64,000 bases of DNA from assembly GCA_900770185.1 (NCBI GenBank), contig CAAGJM010000035.1, forward strand, positions 149,761 to 213,760. Direction: 5' to 3'. The stretch is from Clostridia bacterium (GTDB lineage: Bacteria; Bacillota; Clostridia; Christensenellales; Borkfalkiaceae). The notes beneath the pieces were generated by a model. The model was not told where the DNA came from and did not search any database. It saw only the letters and a list, made by a program, of their open reading frames with translations. Both the position numbers and the translations under genes were made by a program. Of the stretch, positions 39,692 through 48,848 are shown in pieces (position 1 is the first letter of the stretch; each line of letters opens with the position of its first letter).

Positions 39692-40350
39692 GGACGGGAA
39701 TTGCCGCCCGAATTTAAGTCACGATTCGCTTCCGCGAGATATTTCGCTACGCTCAATATGACAACCATAACAAGTTTTAAACTATGCGGGCGAACGACGC
39801 TTTTGCTAAACTTCATGAAGGGGACGGGAATTGCCGCCCGGATTTAAGTCACTATTCGCTTCCGCAAGATATTTCGCCACGCTCAATATGACAAGCATAA
39901 CAAATTTTTAACTATACGGGCGAACAACGCTTTTGCTAAACTTAATGAAGGGGACGGGAATTGCCGCCCGGATTTAAGTCACTATTCGCTTCCGCGAGAT
40001 ATTTCGCTACGCTCAATATGACAAGCATAACAAGTTTAAACTATGCGGGCGAACGACGCTTTTGCTAAACTTAATAAGGGGGACGGGAATTACCGCCCGG
40101 ATTTAAGTCACCATTCGCTTCCGCGAGATATTTCGCTACGCTCAATATGACAAGCATAACAAATTTTTAACTATACGGGCAAACAACGCTTTTGCTAAAC
40201 TTCATGAAGGGGACGAGAATTGCCGCACGGATTTAAGTCACCATTCGCTTCCGCGAGATATTTCGCTACGCTCAATATGACAAGCATAACAAGTTTTTAA
40301 CTATGCGGGCGAGCAACGCTTTTGCTAAACTTCATGAAGGGGACGGGAAT
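39692..40350. repeat. tandem array of a 130-bp unit, 5 copies plus a truncated 6th, intergenic between pcrA and ligA
   Basis: Copies start at 39692, 39822, 39952, 40081, 40211 and 40341 (partial). They are about 90-95% identical. Two sequence variants of the internal segment alternate A-B-A-B-A. Confidence 0.9.
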
Positions 40351-40363
40351 TATTAACCGCTAA

Positions 40364-42709
40364 TCACACAACCTTCATCGGCGCGTATTTTGCGGCAAGA
40401 GTTTTTATGCCGGACGACTTAAACGCAACGTCTACTTTTTGCCCGCTTTCGTCGTTACGAACGGCTATGACGGTGCCCACGCCGAATTTTTGGTGTTCGA
40501 CGGTCTGACCTTGCTTATAAAGCGTTCCGCCCGCATTCGCTTCGACTTTTTTGTTTCCGCAATACCCCGACGAAAAACTTTTGACCGCTCCGCCGCCGAA
40601 TTTAGGCGCGGGGGCTTCGTCGGCGTAATATCCGAACTCGCTATCCGTTGAGCGCGAACCGCTTTTGCGGTCGCGATATAAGTCGCGTCCGCCCGAACCG
40701 TAACCGTCCGAGCCGTAGCCGCCTTGATTATTATTGCCGTATTTAGAGCCGCCATAACCCGAATAATCTCGCTTGCCGTAAGCAGGATAATCGTTAAGTT
40801 TGCTTTTATTATCCAAAAGCGGCTCGACTTCCTTTAAAAAGCGCGAGGCTTCTGTTATGCGCCTTTCGCCGTACAAATACCTGCTGCGGGCGCGAGTGAG
40901 CGTAAGCTCTTTTTCCGCGCGCGTTACGGCAACGTACATAAGCCTGCGTTCTTCTTCAAGAGTTTCAACCTCGTTGCACGCGCGGGACGAAGGTATAATG
41001 GTTTCGTCAAGCCCGACGACGTAAACGTACTTGAATTCAAGCCCTTTTACGGCGTGGATGGTGGCGACGGTAACGAAGTTACTGCTGTCCATATCGTCAA
41101 CGTCGCTGCTGAGCGTTATGCTGCTTAAATAATCGGTAAGCGTTAAAGTCGGGTTTGTTTTAACGAATTCTTCGGCAGAAGCGACTAATTCGTCAACGTT
41201 CATGCGCTTGGATAAATTTTCTTCCGTCTGCTCTTCGAACTGCGACAAAAAGTCTGTTTTAGCGATGACGTTTTTAATTATTTCGGCTACGTTTTTATCG
41301 ACCGAGTCGATTACAAGTTCGGTAACCGTGCTTTTAAACGCCGCTATTTTATTTTTGACCGCACCTTCTTTGCCGAGCGACGAATAATCGACGATTTCGT
41401 CGAATAAAGATATCCCTTCGGCGTCTGCCTGTTCGCGAAGCGCGGCGACGGTTTTTTCGCCAATGCCGCGGCGCGGAACGTTTATAATTCTAATAAGCGA
41501 CTCATTGTCGCGCGGGTTTTCAATCACGCGCAAATACGCCGTTAAATCCTTGATTTCTTTACGGTCGAAGAACTTAAAGCCGCCGTAAACTTTGTAAGGA
41601 ACGTTATATTTTAAAAATTCTTGTTCAAACGTGCGCGATAAGGCGTTTATGCGCATTAAAACCGCAAAATCGGAAGCCCGCGCCCCGTTTAAAATTTTTG
41701 CTTTTATGTTTAGCGCGACGAATTGCGCCTCGTCCTGCTCATCGTTGCCGACGTACATAACGGGTTTAAGTCCCGCGTCGTTATCCGTCCAAAGGGTCTT
41801 TTTCTTGCGCATATCGTTGTTTTTAATAACTAAGTTCGCGACGTTTAAAATGTTTTTAGTCGAGCGGTAATTTTGCTCTAACTTATAAACGCGCGCGCCT
41901 TTAAAAGACTTTTCAAAGTCTAAAATGTTGGCGATTTTCGCACCGCGCCAGCCGTAAATGCTCTGATCGTCGTCCCCGACGACAAAAATGTTTTTGTGCG
42001 CGCTCGCGAGCATTTTAACGATTTTGAACTGCACGGCGTTGGTATCCTGAAATTCGTCGACGTGAACGTAACGGAATTTTTCGGAATAATATTCCAAAAC
42101 TTCGGGGTGATCTTCAAAAAGGCGCAACGCATAAATCAATAAATCGTCAAAATCGAGCGCGTTGCACTTTTTAAGATAGTCGTTATACCTTATAAAAATC
42201 TCGGTAAGTTTTTCTATTTCGGGGATAAACGGATTGTCGTCTTTATATTCCGTAGGGGTAAAATCGCCGCATTTCGCGTTGGAAATTACGTCTTTAGCCT
42301 TTTTTAAGTACTTATCCGCCTCTAACCCCATATCCAAAATTATGCGTTTTACGGCGCGCTCTTTATCGTCGTCGTCATAAATGGAAAAATTTTTGCTGAA
42401 CCCCATTGCGGATATGTTGGCGCGCAAAATCCTCACGCACATAGAGTGAATGGTGGAAGCCCAGATTCTGTCCGCGCCGTCAATCATTTTTTCAAGGCGG
42501 GTCTTCATCTCGTCGGCGGCTTTGTTCGTGAAAGTTATGGCAAGAATGTTTGCGGGGTTCACTCCTAAGTCGTTTACAAGGTGCGCGATGCGCGTGGTTA
42601 AAACGCGGGTCTTTCCGCTGCCCGCGCCCGCAATAACCAAAACCGCGCCTTCCGTATCCATAACGGGAAGGCGTTGTGAAGAATTAAGTCTTTCGATGTA
42701 GTCAGTCAT
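40364..42709 (-). CDS. pcrA: ATP-dependent DNA helicase PcrA (UvrD family) with a Gly/Tyr/Ser/Arg-rich linker and a C-terminal Tudor-like domain
   Basis: MTDYIERLNSSQRLPV.., Walker A GAGSGKTRVL, UvrD motifs. The track ORF starts 15 codons upstream. Confidence 0.9.
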   Translation of the reverse strand: MTDYIERLNSSQRLPVMDTEGAVLVIAGAGSGKTRVLTTRIAHLVNDLGVNPANILAITFTNKAADEMKTRLEKMIDGADRIWASTIHSMCVRILRANISAMGFSKNFSIYDDDDKERAVKRIILDMGLEADKYLKKAKDVISNAKCGDFTPTEYKDDNPFIPEIEKLTEIFIRYNDYLKKCNALDFDDLLIYALRLFEDHPEVLEYYSEKFRYVHVDEFQDTNAVQFKIVKMLASAHKNIFVVGDDDQSIYGWRGAKIANILDFEKSFKGARVYKLEQNYRSTKNILNVANLVIKNNDMRKKKTLWTDNDAGLKPVMYVGNDEQDEAQFVALNIKAKILNGARASDFAVLMRINALSRTFEQEFLKYNVPYKVYGGFKFFDRKEIKDLTAYLRVIENPRDNESLIRIINVPRRGIGEKTVAALREQADAEGISLFDEIVDYSSLGKEGAVKNKIAAFKSTVTELVIDSVDKNVAEIIKNVIAKTDFLSQFEEQTEENLSKRMNVDELVASAEEFVKTNPTLTLTDYLSSITLSSDVDDMDSSNFVTVATIHAVKGLEFKYVYVVGLDETIIPSSRACNEVETLEEERRLMYVAVTRAEKELTLTRARSRYLYGERRITEASRFLKEVEPLLDNKSKLNDYPAYGKRDYSGYGGSKYGNNNQGGYGSDGYGSGGRDLYRDRKSGSRSTDSEFGYYADEAPAPKFGGGAVKSFSSGYCGNKKVEANAGGTLYKQGQTVEHQKFGVGTVIAVRNDESGQKVDVAFKSSGIKTLAAKYAPMKVV

Positions 42710-42906
42710 TTTATCACCGCTTAATATTTTAACACAGCTAAGCGATTTTAACAAGCCAAATTAAACGGGCGGCGCAAATTTTTAACCGGCAGTTTATCGC
42801 GGGCAAAAACCCGCTTACCCGCAGATTTTTTGAAAAAATAAATTTTGATTGATTTTTTTAAACTTTTAGAGTATAATAGTTGCAATTAAAAGAGGGGGGT
42901 GCGAAT

Positions 42907-43470
42907 TTGCCTAACTACACAAGGGAAGCGATTAAAGCGTCGTTTATAAAACTTTTAAACGAAAAGCCGCTTAACCGTATAACCGTTAAAAACATAATTT
43001 CCGATTGCAAAGTAAGCCGCAATACCTTTTATTATCACTTTAAAGACGTGCCCGAACTTTTGGAAGTAATAATAAAAGACCTTCTTGACGAACTTGTTAA
43101 AAACAACACGACGATAGACTCGGTAAGCGGCGTCATAGATATGGCGTACCGCTACTATAAAGAGAATAAAAAAGCGATTTATCACATATATAACTCTGTC
43201 GACAGGGTTTATTACGAAGACTTTTTGCTTAAAATGTGCGAACACACCGCTTCGACTTACGTAAACGAAACGGCAAAAACTTATCCGCTTAAAGACGTAG
43301 ACAAGGCCGCCCTTATTCACCTTTTAAAATGCCAGTTTTTCGGGCTTACGATGGAATGGTCGAAAGACGATATGGAAAGCGACATAGTTGAAAGCTGCCA
43401 TAAAACGATTGATTTGTTCTTGGAAATTATAATTAAAAAAAGCGGCAGTCAAAACGCGCCGTCAAACTGA
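42907..43470 (+). CDS. TetR-family transcriptional regulator
   Basis: N-terminal HTH (..ITVKNIISDCKVSRNTFYYHFKD..), RBS AAGAGGGGGG before a TTG start, -10 TATAAT at 42872. Confidence 0.7.
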   Translation: MPNYTREAIKASFIKLLNEKPLNRITVKNIISDCKVSRNTFYYHFKDVPELLEVIIKDLLDELVKNNTTIDSVSGVIDMAYRYYKENKKAIYHIYNSVDRVYYEDFLLKMCEHTASTYVNETAKTYPLKDVDKAALIHLLKCQFFGLTMEWSKDDMESDIVESCHKTIDLFLEIIIKKSGSQNAPSN

Positions 43471-43482
43471 AACAAAACTTAT

Positions 43483-43513
43483 ACGCCCCGATAACGCGGG
43501 GCGTTTTGTTTTT
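43483..43513 (+). terminator. rho-independent terminator after the TetR gene
   Basis: ACGCCCCG ataacg CGGGGCGT followed by a T-rich run. Confidence 0.65.
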
Positions 43514-43591
43514 CACCGCGCGATTTTTTAAACCTAAAACTTGGTTAGCAACGACAAAACCACTATAAAATTTTGTGCAAAGCCATATAAA

Positions 43592-43608
43592 TGTACTAAA
43601 ATAGTACA
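43592..43608. promoter_or_regulatory. palindromic operator-like site TGTACTA-aaa-TAGTACA overlapping a putative -10
   Basis: Perfect 7-bp inverted repeat with a 3-nt spacer. The core ACTA-N3-TAGT recurs at 48834-48848. Confidence 0.5.
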
Positions 43609-43718
43609 CCGTTTTAGTATTGTCATTTTACTTTTTTAAAATTTTGCGTTAAAATAAACGGGTATGCCGAGTAAAAAATACATATCGGCAAAATTTTCCG
43701 ACAGACAAAAAGGACAGT

Positions 43719-44975
43719 ATGTTTATTGATTTCACCCCGCAAATGAAAAAAGAATATACCATTCTTTGCCCCGACATTTTCCCCACGCACATGGAACTTT
43801 TGTCGGAAGTTTTTCATATTTACGGATATAATCTTCAAATAGTCAAATACGAGGGCAAAAAGGTCATAGACACGGGGCTTAAATACCTTAACAACGATAT
43901 GTGCTACCCTGCCGTATGCATGATAGGTCAGCAACTCTACGCGCTGACCTCGGGCGACTACGACCCGAAAAAATGCGCCCTTATACAGTTTCAGACGGGC
44001 GGCGGGTGCAGGGCGTCGAACTACATATTTTTGCTGCGCAAAGCGTTAAAACAAATGAATATGGAATACGTTCCCGTAATATCTTTAAGTTTTAGCGGGT
44101 ACGAAAAGTACAGCGGGTTTAAAATCACCCCGCTTATGATAGTGACGGCGCTCCGCTCTATCGTGTACGGGGACATGCTGTTGCTTTTAAAAAACCAAAC
44201 TCTTCCGTACGAAGTAAACGCCGGCGACACGCAAAAAACGGTTAAAAAATGGATAAACTTTTTAACCGAACAATTTAAGCGTAAACGCGGGCTTACAAGA
44301 CATGCGCTTAAAAAGAATTTGCAGGCAATGGCGAAAGATTTCAGCCTTATAAAGCGAGAGAAAAAGGAGCTTACAAAGGTCGGCATAGTGGGCGAAATTT
44401 ACGTTAAATACTCATCTTTCGGCAACAACGGGCTTGAAAAATTTTTACTTAAAGAAAATTGCGAATATATGGTGCCGGGGGTTTTGGGATTCTTTCAGTA
44501 CTGTTTTGCGAACGCCGAAACGGATAAAAAGTACTACGGCGGAAAACTTACGAGCGCGATTATAAATAAATTCGGCGAAAAAATAGCCGACGGGTGGGAA
44601 GAGATTTTAACGGAAGCGTTGCGCCCCTATCCCGAATTCAGCACCCCGCTTCCGTTTAACAAAGTTAAAAAACTTGCCGACGAGGTTATAGACCGCGGCG
44701 TTAAAATGGGCGAAGGGTGGCTTCTTTGCGGCGAAGTCGCCGAGCTTATTTTAAAGGGTTACGACAACGTTATCTGCGCCCAGCCTTTCGGGTGCCTGCC
44801 GAATCACATAGTAGCAAAAGGCACCATTCACCGCTTGCGCGAGCTTTACCCGACGGCGAACATTTTCCCCGTCGATTACGACGCGGGCGCAAGCAAAGTA
44901 AACCAGGAAAACCGCATAAAACTTATGCTTGCAATCGCTGAAAACGGAGATAAAAATGAAGACGCTGGGGCTTGA
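43719..44975 (+). CDS. 2-hydroxyacyl-CoA dehydratase-family (HgdA/B-like, DUF2229-type) protein; first half of a PlsA/PlsR-like plasmalogen-synthase-family pair
   Basis: 418 aa with the Cys pattern and length of the dehydratase-component-like family. Followed by, and overlapping, a double BcrAD/BadFG ATPase gene. Confidence 0.6.
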   Translation: MFIDFTPQMKKEYTILCPDIFPTHMELLSEVFHIYGYNLQIVKYEGKKVIDTGLKYLNNDMCYPAVCMIGQQLYALTSGDYDPKKCALIQFQTGGGCRASNYIFLLRKALKQMNMEYVPVISLSFSGYEKYSGFKITPLMIVTALRSIVYGDMLLLLKNQTLPYEVNAGDTQKTVKKWINFLTEQFKRKRGLTRHALKKNLQAMAKDFSLIKREKKELTKVGIVGEIYVKYSSFGNNGLEKFLLKENCEYMVPGVLGFFQYCFANAETDKKYYGGKLTSAIINKFGEKIADGWEEILTEALRPYPEFSTPLPFNKVKKLADEVIDRGVKMGEGWLLCGEVAELILKGYDNVICAQPFGCLPNHIVAKGTIHRLRELYPTANIFPVDYDAGASKVNQENRIKLMLAIAENGDKNEDAGA

Positions 44976-47874
44976 CGTCGGTTCGACCACTTTAAAAGCG
45001 GTGGTTCTTAGCGGCGATAAAATTTTATATTCCGCTTACGTTCGCCACCTTTCGCGCGTGGGCGAGAAGTTTAAAGAAATTTCCGCCGAATTAGCGGAAG
45101 TTTTAGGCGACGAGATTTTTAAGGCGGCAATATCGGGCTCGGCGGGAATGGGGCTTTCCGAAAAAGCGAACATCCCCTTTGTGCAAGAAGTTTTCGCCGA
45201 ACAACTTGCGGTTAAAAAGCTAAACAAAGGAACGGACGCGGTTATAGAACTCGGCGGCGAAGACGCGAAAATTTTGTTTTTGACGGGCGGGTTCGAGATG
45301 CGCATGAACGGTACCTGCGCGGGCGGCACGGGCGCGTTTATCGACCAGATGGCGACCCTTTTGAAAGTTGCGCCCGAAGAGTTAAACGCGCTTGCCGAAA
45401 AAGCCGAAAAGGTGTACAGAATCGCTTCGCGCTGCGGGGTTTTTGCAAAATCGGACGTACAACCGCTAATAAACCAAGGCGCAAAACACGAAGACGTTGC
45501 GGCGGGCATATATCAAGCCGTCGTATCGCAAACGGTTGCGGGGCTTGCGCAAGGGCGCGAAATTAAGGGTAACGTCGTATACTTGGGCGGACCTTTGACT
45601 TTTAACTCGTACCTTAGAAAAGCCATGGACGAAACGCTTAAAACGACCGGCGTTTTGCCCGAAAATTCGCTTTATTACGTTGCGATGGGCGCGGCGTTTT
45701 CAGGCGTCGGAAAAGAAACGACGCTTTCGGAATTAACCGCCGCTTTAACGAAAACCCAAACCGAAATAACTTATAACTCCGTCGCCCCGCTCTTTTTAAG
45801 CAACGCGGACTACGACGAGTTTTCTATGCGCCACGAAAAAAACCAAGGCGCGGTTAAACGTTTAAGCGCGCCCGAAAGCGAAATGTTCCTCGGCGTGGAC
45901 GCGGGGTCGACTACCGTTAAAATTCTTTTAACGAACAAAAACGGAGATATATTCCGCCCCTTTTACTCGTCGAACGACGGCAACCCCGTGCCGATAGTCA
46001 AAAAATATCTGGAAGATTTTTATAGTGAATACCCAAGCGTTAAAATTCTTGCTTCGGCGGTTACCGGCTACGGCGAAAACGTTATTAAAAACGCTTTTAA
46101 TTTAGACCTCGGGTTAGTCGAAACCATGGCGCATTACACCGCCGCGAAAAAATTTAACGAAAACGTCGATTTTATTTTGGATATCGGCGGTCAAGACATA
46201 AAATGCTTTAAAATACGCAACGGCGCGATTGACGGGCTTTATTTAAACGAAGCGTGTTCTTCGGGGTGCGGCTCGTTTTTGCAGACGTTTGCGGCGATTT
46301 TAGGCTACACCGCGCAAGAGTTTTCGCACCTTGCGCTGTTTGCCGACCACCCCGTTGACTTAGGCTCGCGCTGCACGGTGTTTATGAACAGTTCCGTAAA
46401 ACAAGCGCAAAAAGACGGCGCAAGCGTGGAAAACATTGCGGCGGGGCTTTCGATAAGCGTAGTTAAAAACGCGCTTTATAAGGTTATAAGATGCGCCGAC
46501 GGGAAAAGCCTCGGCAAAAACATAGTAGTGCAAGGCGGCACGTTTAAAAGCGACGCCGTTTTAAGAGCCTTCGAGCGGGAGACGGGCGCAAACGTTATCC
46601 GCCCCGAAATAGCCGAACTTATGGGAGCGTACGGCTGCGCGCTTTACGCCGCGGGTAAAGGTATAGAAAAAACCGAAACGATGACGGCGGAAGAACTTAA
46701 AAACTTCGTGCATACCGTAAAAACCATAACCTGCAAAGGGTGCACCAACCGATGCAATCTTACGATAAACACCTTTTCGGGCGGAAGAAAATTCATTGCG
46801 GGCAACCGCTGCCAAAAAGGCGCGGGCGTATCCGAAAAAATTACCGCGCCCGATTTATACGCCGATAAACTCGCGCTGTTAAGCGAGTATATGAAAAACG
46901 AAATCGACCCGAATAAAAAGACGGTCGGTTTTATGACGGGGCTTAATTTTTACGAACTTTTGCCGTTTTGGCACGCGTTTTTCAAGTCGCTTGACTTTAA
47001 TATTTTAACGTCGCCGACGGGAAGCAGAGATTTGTATCTTCTCGGTCAGCACACTATCCCGTCCGACACGGCTTGCTACCCCGCAAAACTTATGCACGGG
47101 CATGCGGAATGGCTTTTAAGCCGAAAACCCGACTATATTTTCTACCCCGATATGAGCTATAACGTGGAAGAAAATATGGGCGTTAATCACTTCAACTGCC
47201 CCGTGGTCGCTTACTATCCGCAGGTTTTGAAAATGAACGTTGCGGGGCTTAATAACGACAAATTTATATGCGACTTTTTGTCGCTTGCGAACAAAAAGCA
47301 GTTCAATAAGAGAATACGCGAAGTTTTAAGCGCGCACGGGCTTAATTTCACCAAAAAACAAATATCCGCCGCAACTAAAAACGCTTATGCGGAATACGAT
47401 AGTTACCTAAATAAAATTCGCGAAAACGCCGATAAGTATATTGCCGAAGCGATTAAAGAAAACAAGCCGATAATCGTGCTTGCGGGAAGACCCTATCACG
47501 TTGACCCCGAGATAAACCACGGCATCGACTCGCTTATTTCGGAAGCGGGCGCGACGGTTATTTCGGAAGACGGTTTGCGCGGCAAAATCGCGCCGTTTAG
47601 CGTAAACGTAAGAAACCAGTGGACGTATCACGCAAGGCTTTACGCGAGCGCGAAGTTCGTTAAAGAGTGCGAGTATAAAAACGTCGCGCTCGTTCAACTC
47701 GTATCTTTCGGGTGCGGCGTCGACGCGATAACGACGGACGAAGTAAGACAAATAGTCGAGAGCGGCGACAAAATTTACACGCAGATAAAAATAGACGAGA
47801 TATCGAATATGGGCGCGGTGAACATAAGGCTGAGGAGTTTGTTCGCGGTGCTTGACGCTAAGAATAAAAAGTAG
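44956..47874 (+). CDS. CoA-substrate-specific enzyme activase-type protein: two BadF/BadG/BcrA/BcrD ATPase domains fused to a dehydratase-component-like C-terminal domain (PlsA/PlsR-like)
   Basis: Two repeats of the acetate/sugar-kinase-fold N-terminus (MKTLGLDVGSTTLKAVV.. and MFLGVDAGSTTVKILL..). C-terminal 400 aa HGD-D-like with a Cys cluster. RBS GGAGATAAAA before the ATG at 44956. Confidence 0.7.
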   Translation: MKTLGLDVGSTTLKAVVLSGDKILYSAYVRHLSRVGEKFKEISAELAEVLGDEIFKAAISGSAGMGLSEKANIPFVQEVFAEQLAVKKLNKGTDAVIELGGEDAKILFLTGGFEMRMNGTCAGGTGAFIDQMATLLKVAPEELNALAEKAEKVYRIASRCGVFAKSDVQPLINQGAKHEDVAAGIYQAVVSQTVAGLAQGREIKGNVVYLGGPLTFNSYLRKAMDETLKTTGVLPENSLYYVAMGAAFSGVGKETTLSELTAALTKTQTEITYNSVAPLFLSNADYDEFSMRHEKNQGAVKRLSAPESEMFLGVDAGSTTVKILLTNKNGDIFRPFYSSNDGNPVPIVKKYLEDFYSEYPSVKILASAVTGYGENVIKNAFNLDLGLVETMAHYTAAKKFNENVDFILDIGGQDIKCFKIRNGAIDGLYLNEACSSGCGSFLQTFAAILGYTAQEFSHLALFADHPVDLGSRCTVFMNSSVKQAQKDGASVENIAAGLSISVVKNALYKVIRCADGKSLGKNIVVQGGTFKSDAVLRAFERETGANVIRPEIAELMGAYGCALYAAGKGIEKTETMTAEELKNFVHTVKTITCKGCTNRCNLTINTFSGGRKFIAGNRCQKGAGVSEKITAPDLYADKLALLSEYMKNEIDPNKKTVGFMTGLNFYELLPFWHAFFKSLDFNILTSPTGSRDLYLLGQHTIPSDTACYPAKLMHGHAEWLLSRKPDYIFYPDMSYNVEENMGVNHFNCPVVAYYPQVLKMNVAGLNNDKFICDFLSLANKKQFNKRIREVLSAHGLNFTKKQISAATKNAYAEYDSYLNKIRENADKYIAEAIKENKPIIVLAGRPYHVDPEINHGIDSLISEAGATVISEDGLRGKIAPFSVNVRNQWTYHARLYASAKFVKECEYKNVALVQLVSFGCGVDAITTDEVRQIVESGDKIYTQIKIDEISNMGAVNIRLRSLFAVLDAKNKK

Positions 47875-47935
47875 GCTTTAAGCGCGCGCAAGATATTCGG
47901 CGCACGGCTTTACTTAAAGGGAGAGATTTAATTTT

Positions 47936-48736
47936 ATGTTTAACGGAGAAAACACCGCTTTATCGGTTATTATGCTCATAATTTTTCCGATAACGGCGTA
48001 TCTGATTGCGGGCGTGAACCCCGCGATAGTTTTATCGAAACTTATCTACAAACAAGATATCCGCTTGCTCGGCAGCAAAAACCCGGGGTTTACAAACTTT
48101 AAAAGGGTTTTCGGCGGAAAATACGCCTGGTTCGTCTTCTTTTTGGATTTGTTTAAATCGGCGGCGGTTTGCGCCGCGGCGGCGATAACTTATCACCTTT
48201 TGTTCGACGAAAGCAAAGACTTCAAGTGGTTCCATTTCGGGGGGGCGTACACGGGGTTTTTCGCCATGATAGGTCACGCATACCCCGTCTGGTACAAATT
48301 CAAGGGCGGCAAGGCGTTTTTGGTTGCGGCAAGCGCGATTTGGTTCGTTGACTGGCGCGTCGCGCTAATCGCCACGGTTATAATGATAACCCTTTTGTTT
48401 ACGACGAAGTACATGTCGCTTTCGGTGCTTATAGCGGGCTTTTCCTGCCCGATTGCCTTGGCGATTTTCGGCGTTAAAACCCCTTTGACTCTCGTTTTTT
48501 GCATACTGTCCGTTCTTTTGATGACCTATCGCCACAAAGCAAACATAGTAAGGCTTTTTAAAGGGACGGAATCGAAATTCTCGCCGTTTTCAAAAAACAA
48601 ACCCAAAAAAGCGGCGGCAAGTTGCACGAACGAAACGCCTGAGCCGAGCGGCGAAAACGACGGCGAAAACGACTTTGACAAAGCGACTAAACCGTGCGCC
48701 GAAAGCGACAACGACACTACAAAAAACTGCTTATAA
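47936..48736 (+). CDS. plsY: glycerol-3-phosphate acyltransferase PlsY with about 60-aa acidic C-terminal extension
   Basis: GSKNPGFTN (the GSGNPGATN-like motif), ..GHAYPVWYKFKGGKA... Confidence 0.85.
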   Translation: MFNGENTALSVIMLIIFPITAYLIAGVNPAIVLSKLIYKQDIRLLGSKNPGFTNFKRVFGGKYAWFVFFLDLFKSAAVCAAAAITYHLLFDESKDFKWFHFGGAYTGFFAMIGHAYPVWYKFKGGKAFLVAASAIWFVDWRVALIATVIMITLLFTTKYMSLSVLIAGFSCPIALAIFGVKTPLTLVFCILSVLLMTYRHKANIVRLFKGTESKFSPFSKNKPKKAAASCTNETPEPSGENDGENDFDKATKPCAESDNDTTKNCL

Positions 48737-48833
48737 TTACTATTAAACCCTCGAAACGCTTCGGGGGTTTTCGTTTTAATTAAGACAAAACGGCACGATT
48801 TGTACTAATTTGTTACACCCGCAGAATATTGAC

Positions 48834-48848
48834 CAACTAAGTTAGTTG
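48834..48848. promoter_or_regulatory. palindromic operator-like site CAACTA-agt-TAGTTG abutting the -35 of the acp-operon promoter
   Basis: ACTA-N3-TAGT core shared with the 43592 site. A half-site-like TGTACTA is also at 48801. Confidence 0.45.

Noticed and set aside
39634-39816. 60-aa ORF inside the first 130-bp repeat copy
   Set aside because: The frame is not maintained in the other copies because 130 is not divisible by 3, and there is no RBS. It is a repeat artefact.
39692-40350. Possible CRISPR array at the 130-bp repeats
   Set aside because: The entire 130-bp unit is repeated, with no unique spacers between short repeats, and there are no cas genes nearby. This is a satellite-like tandem repeat.
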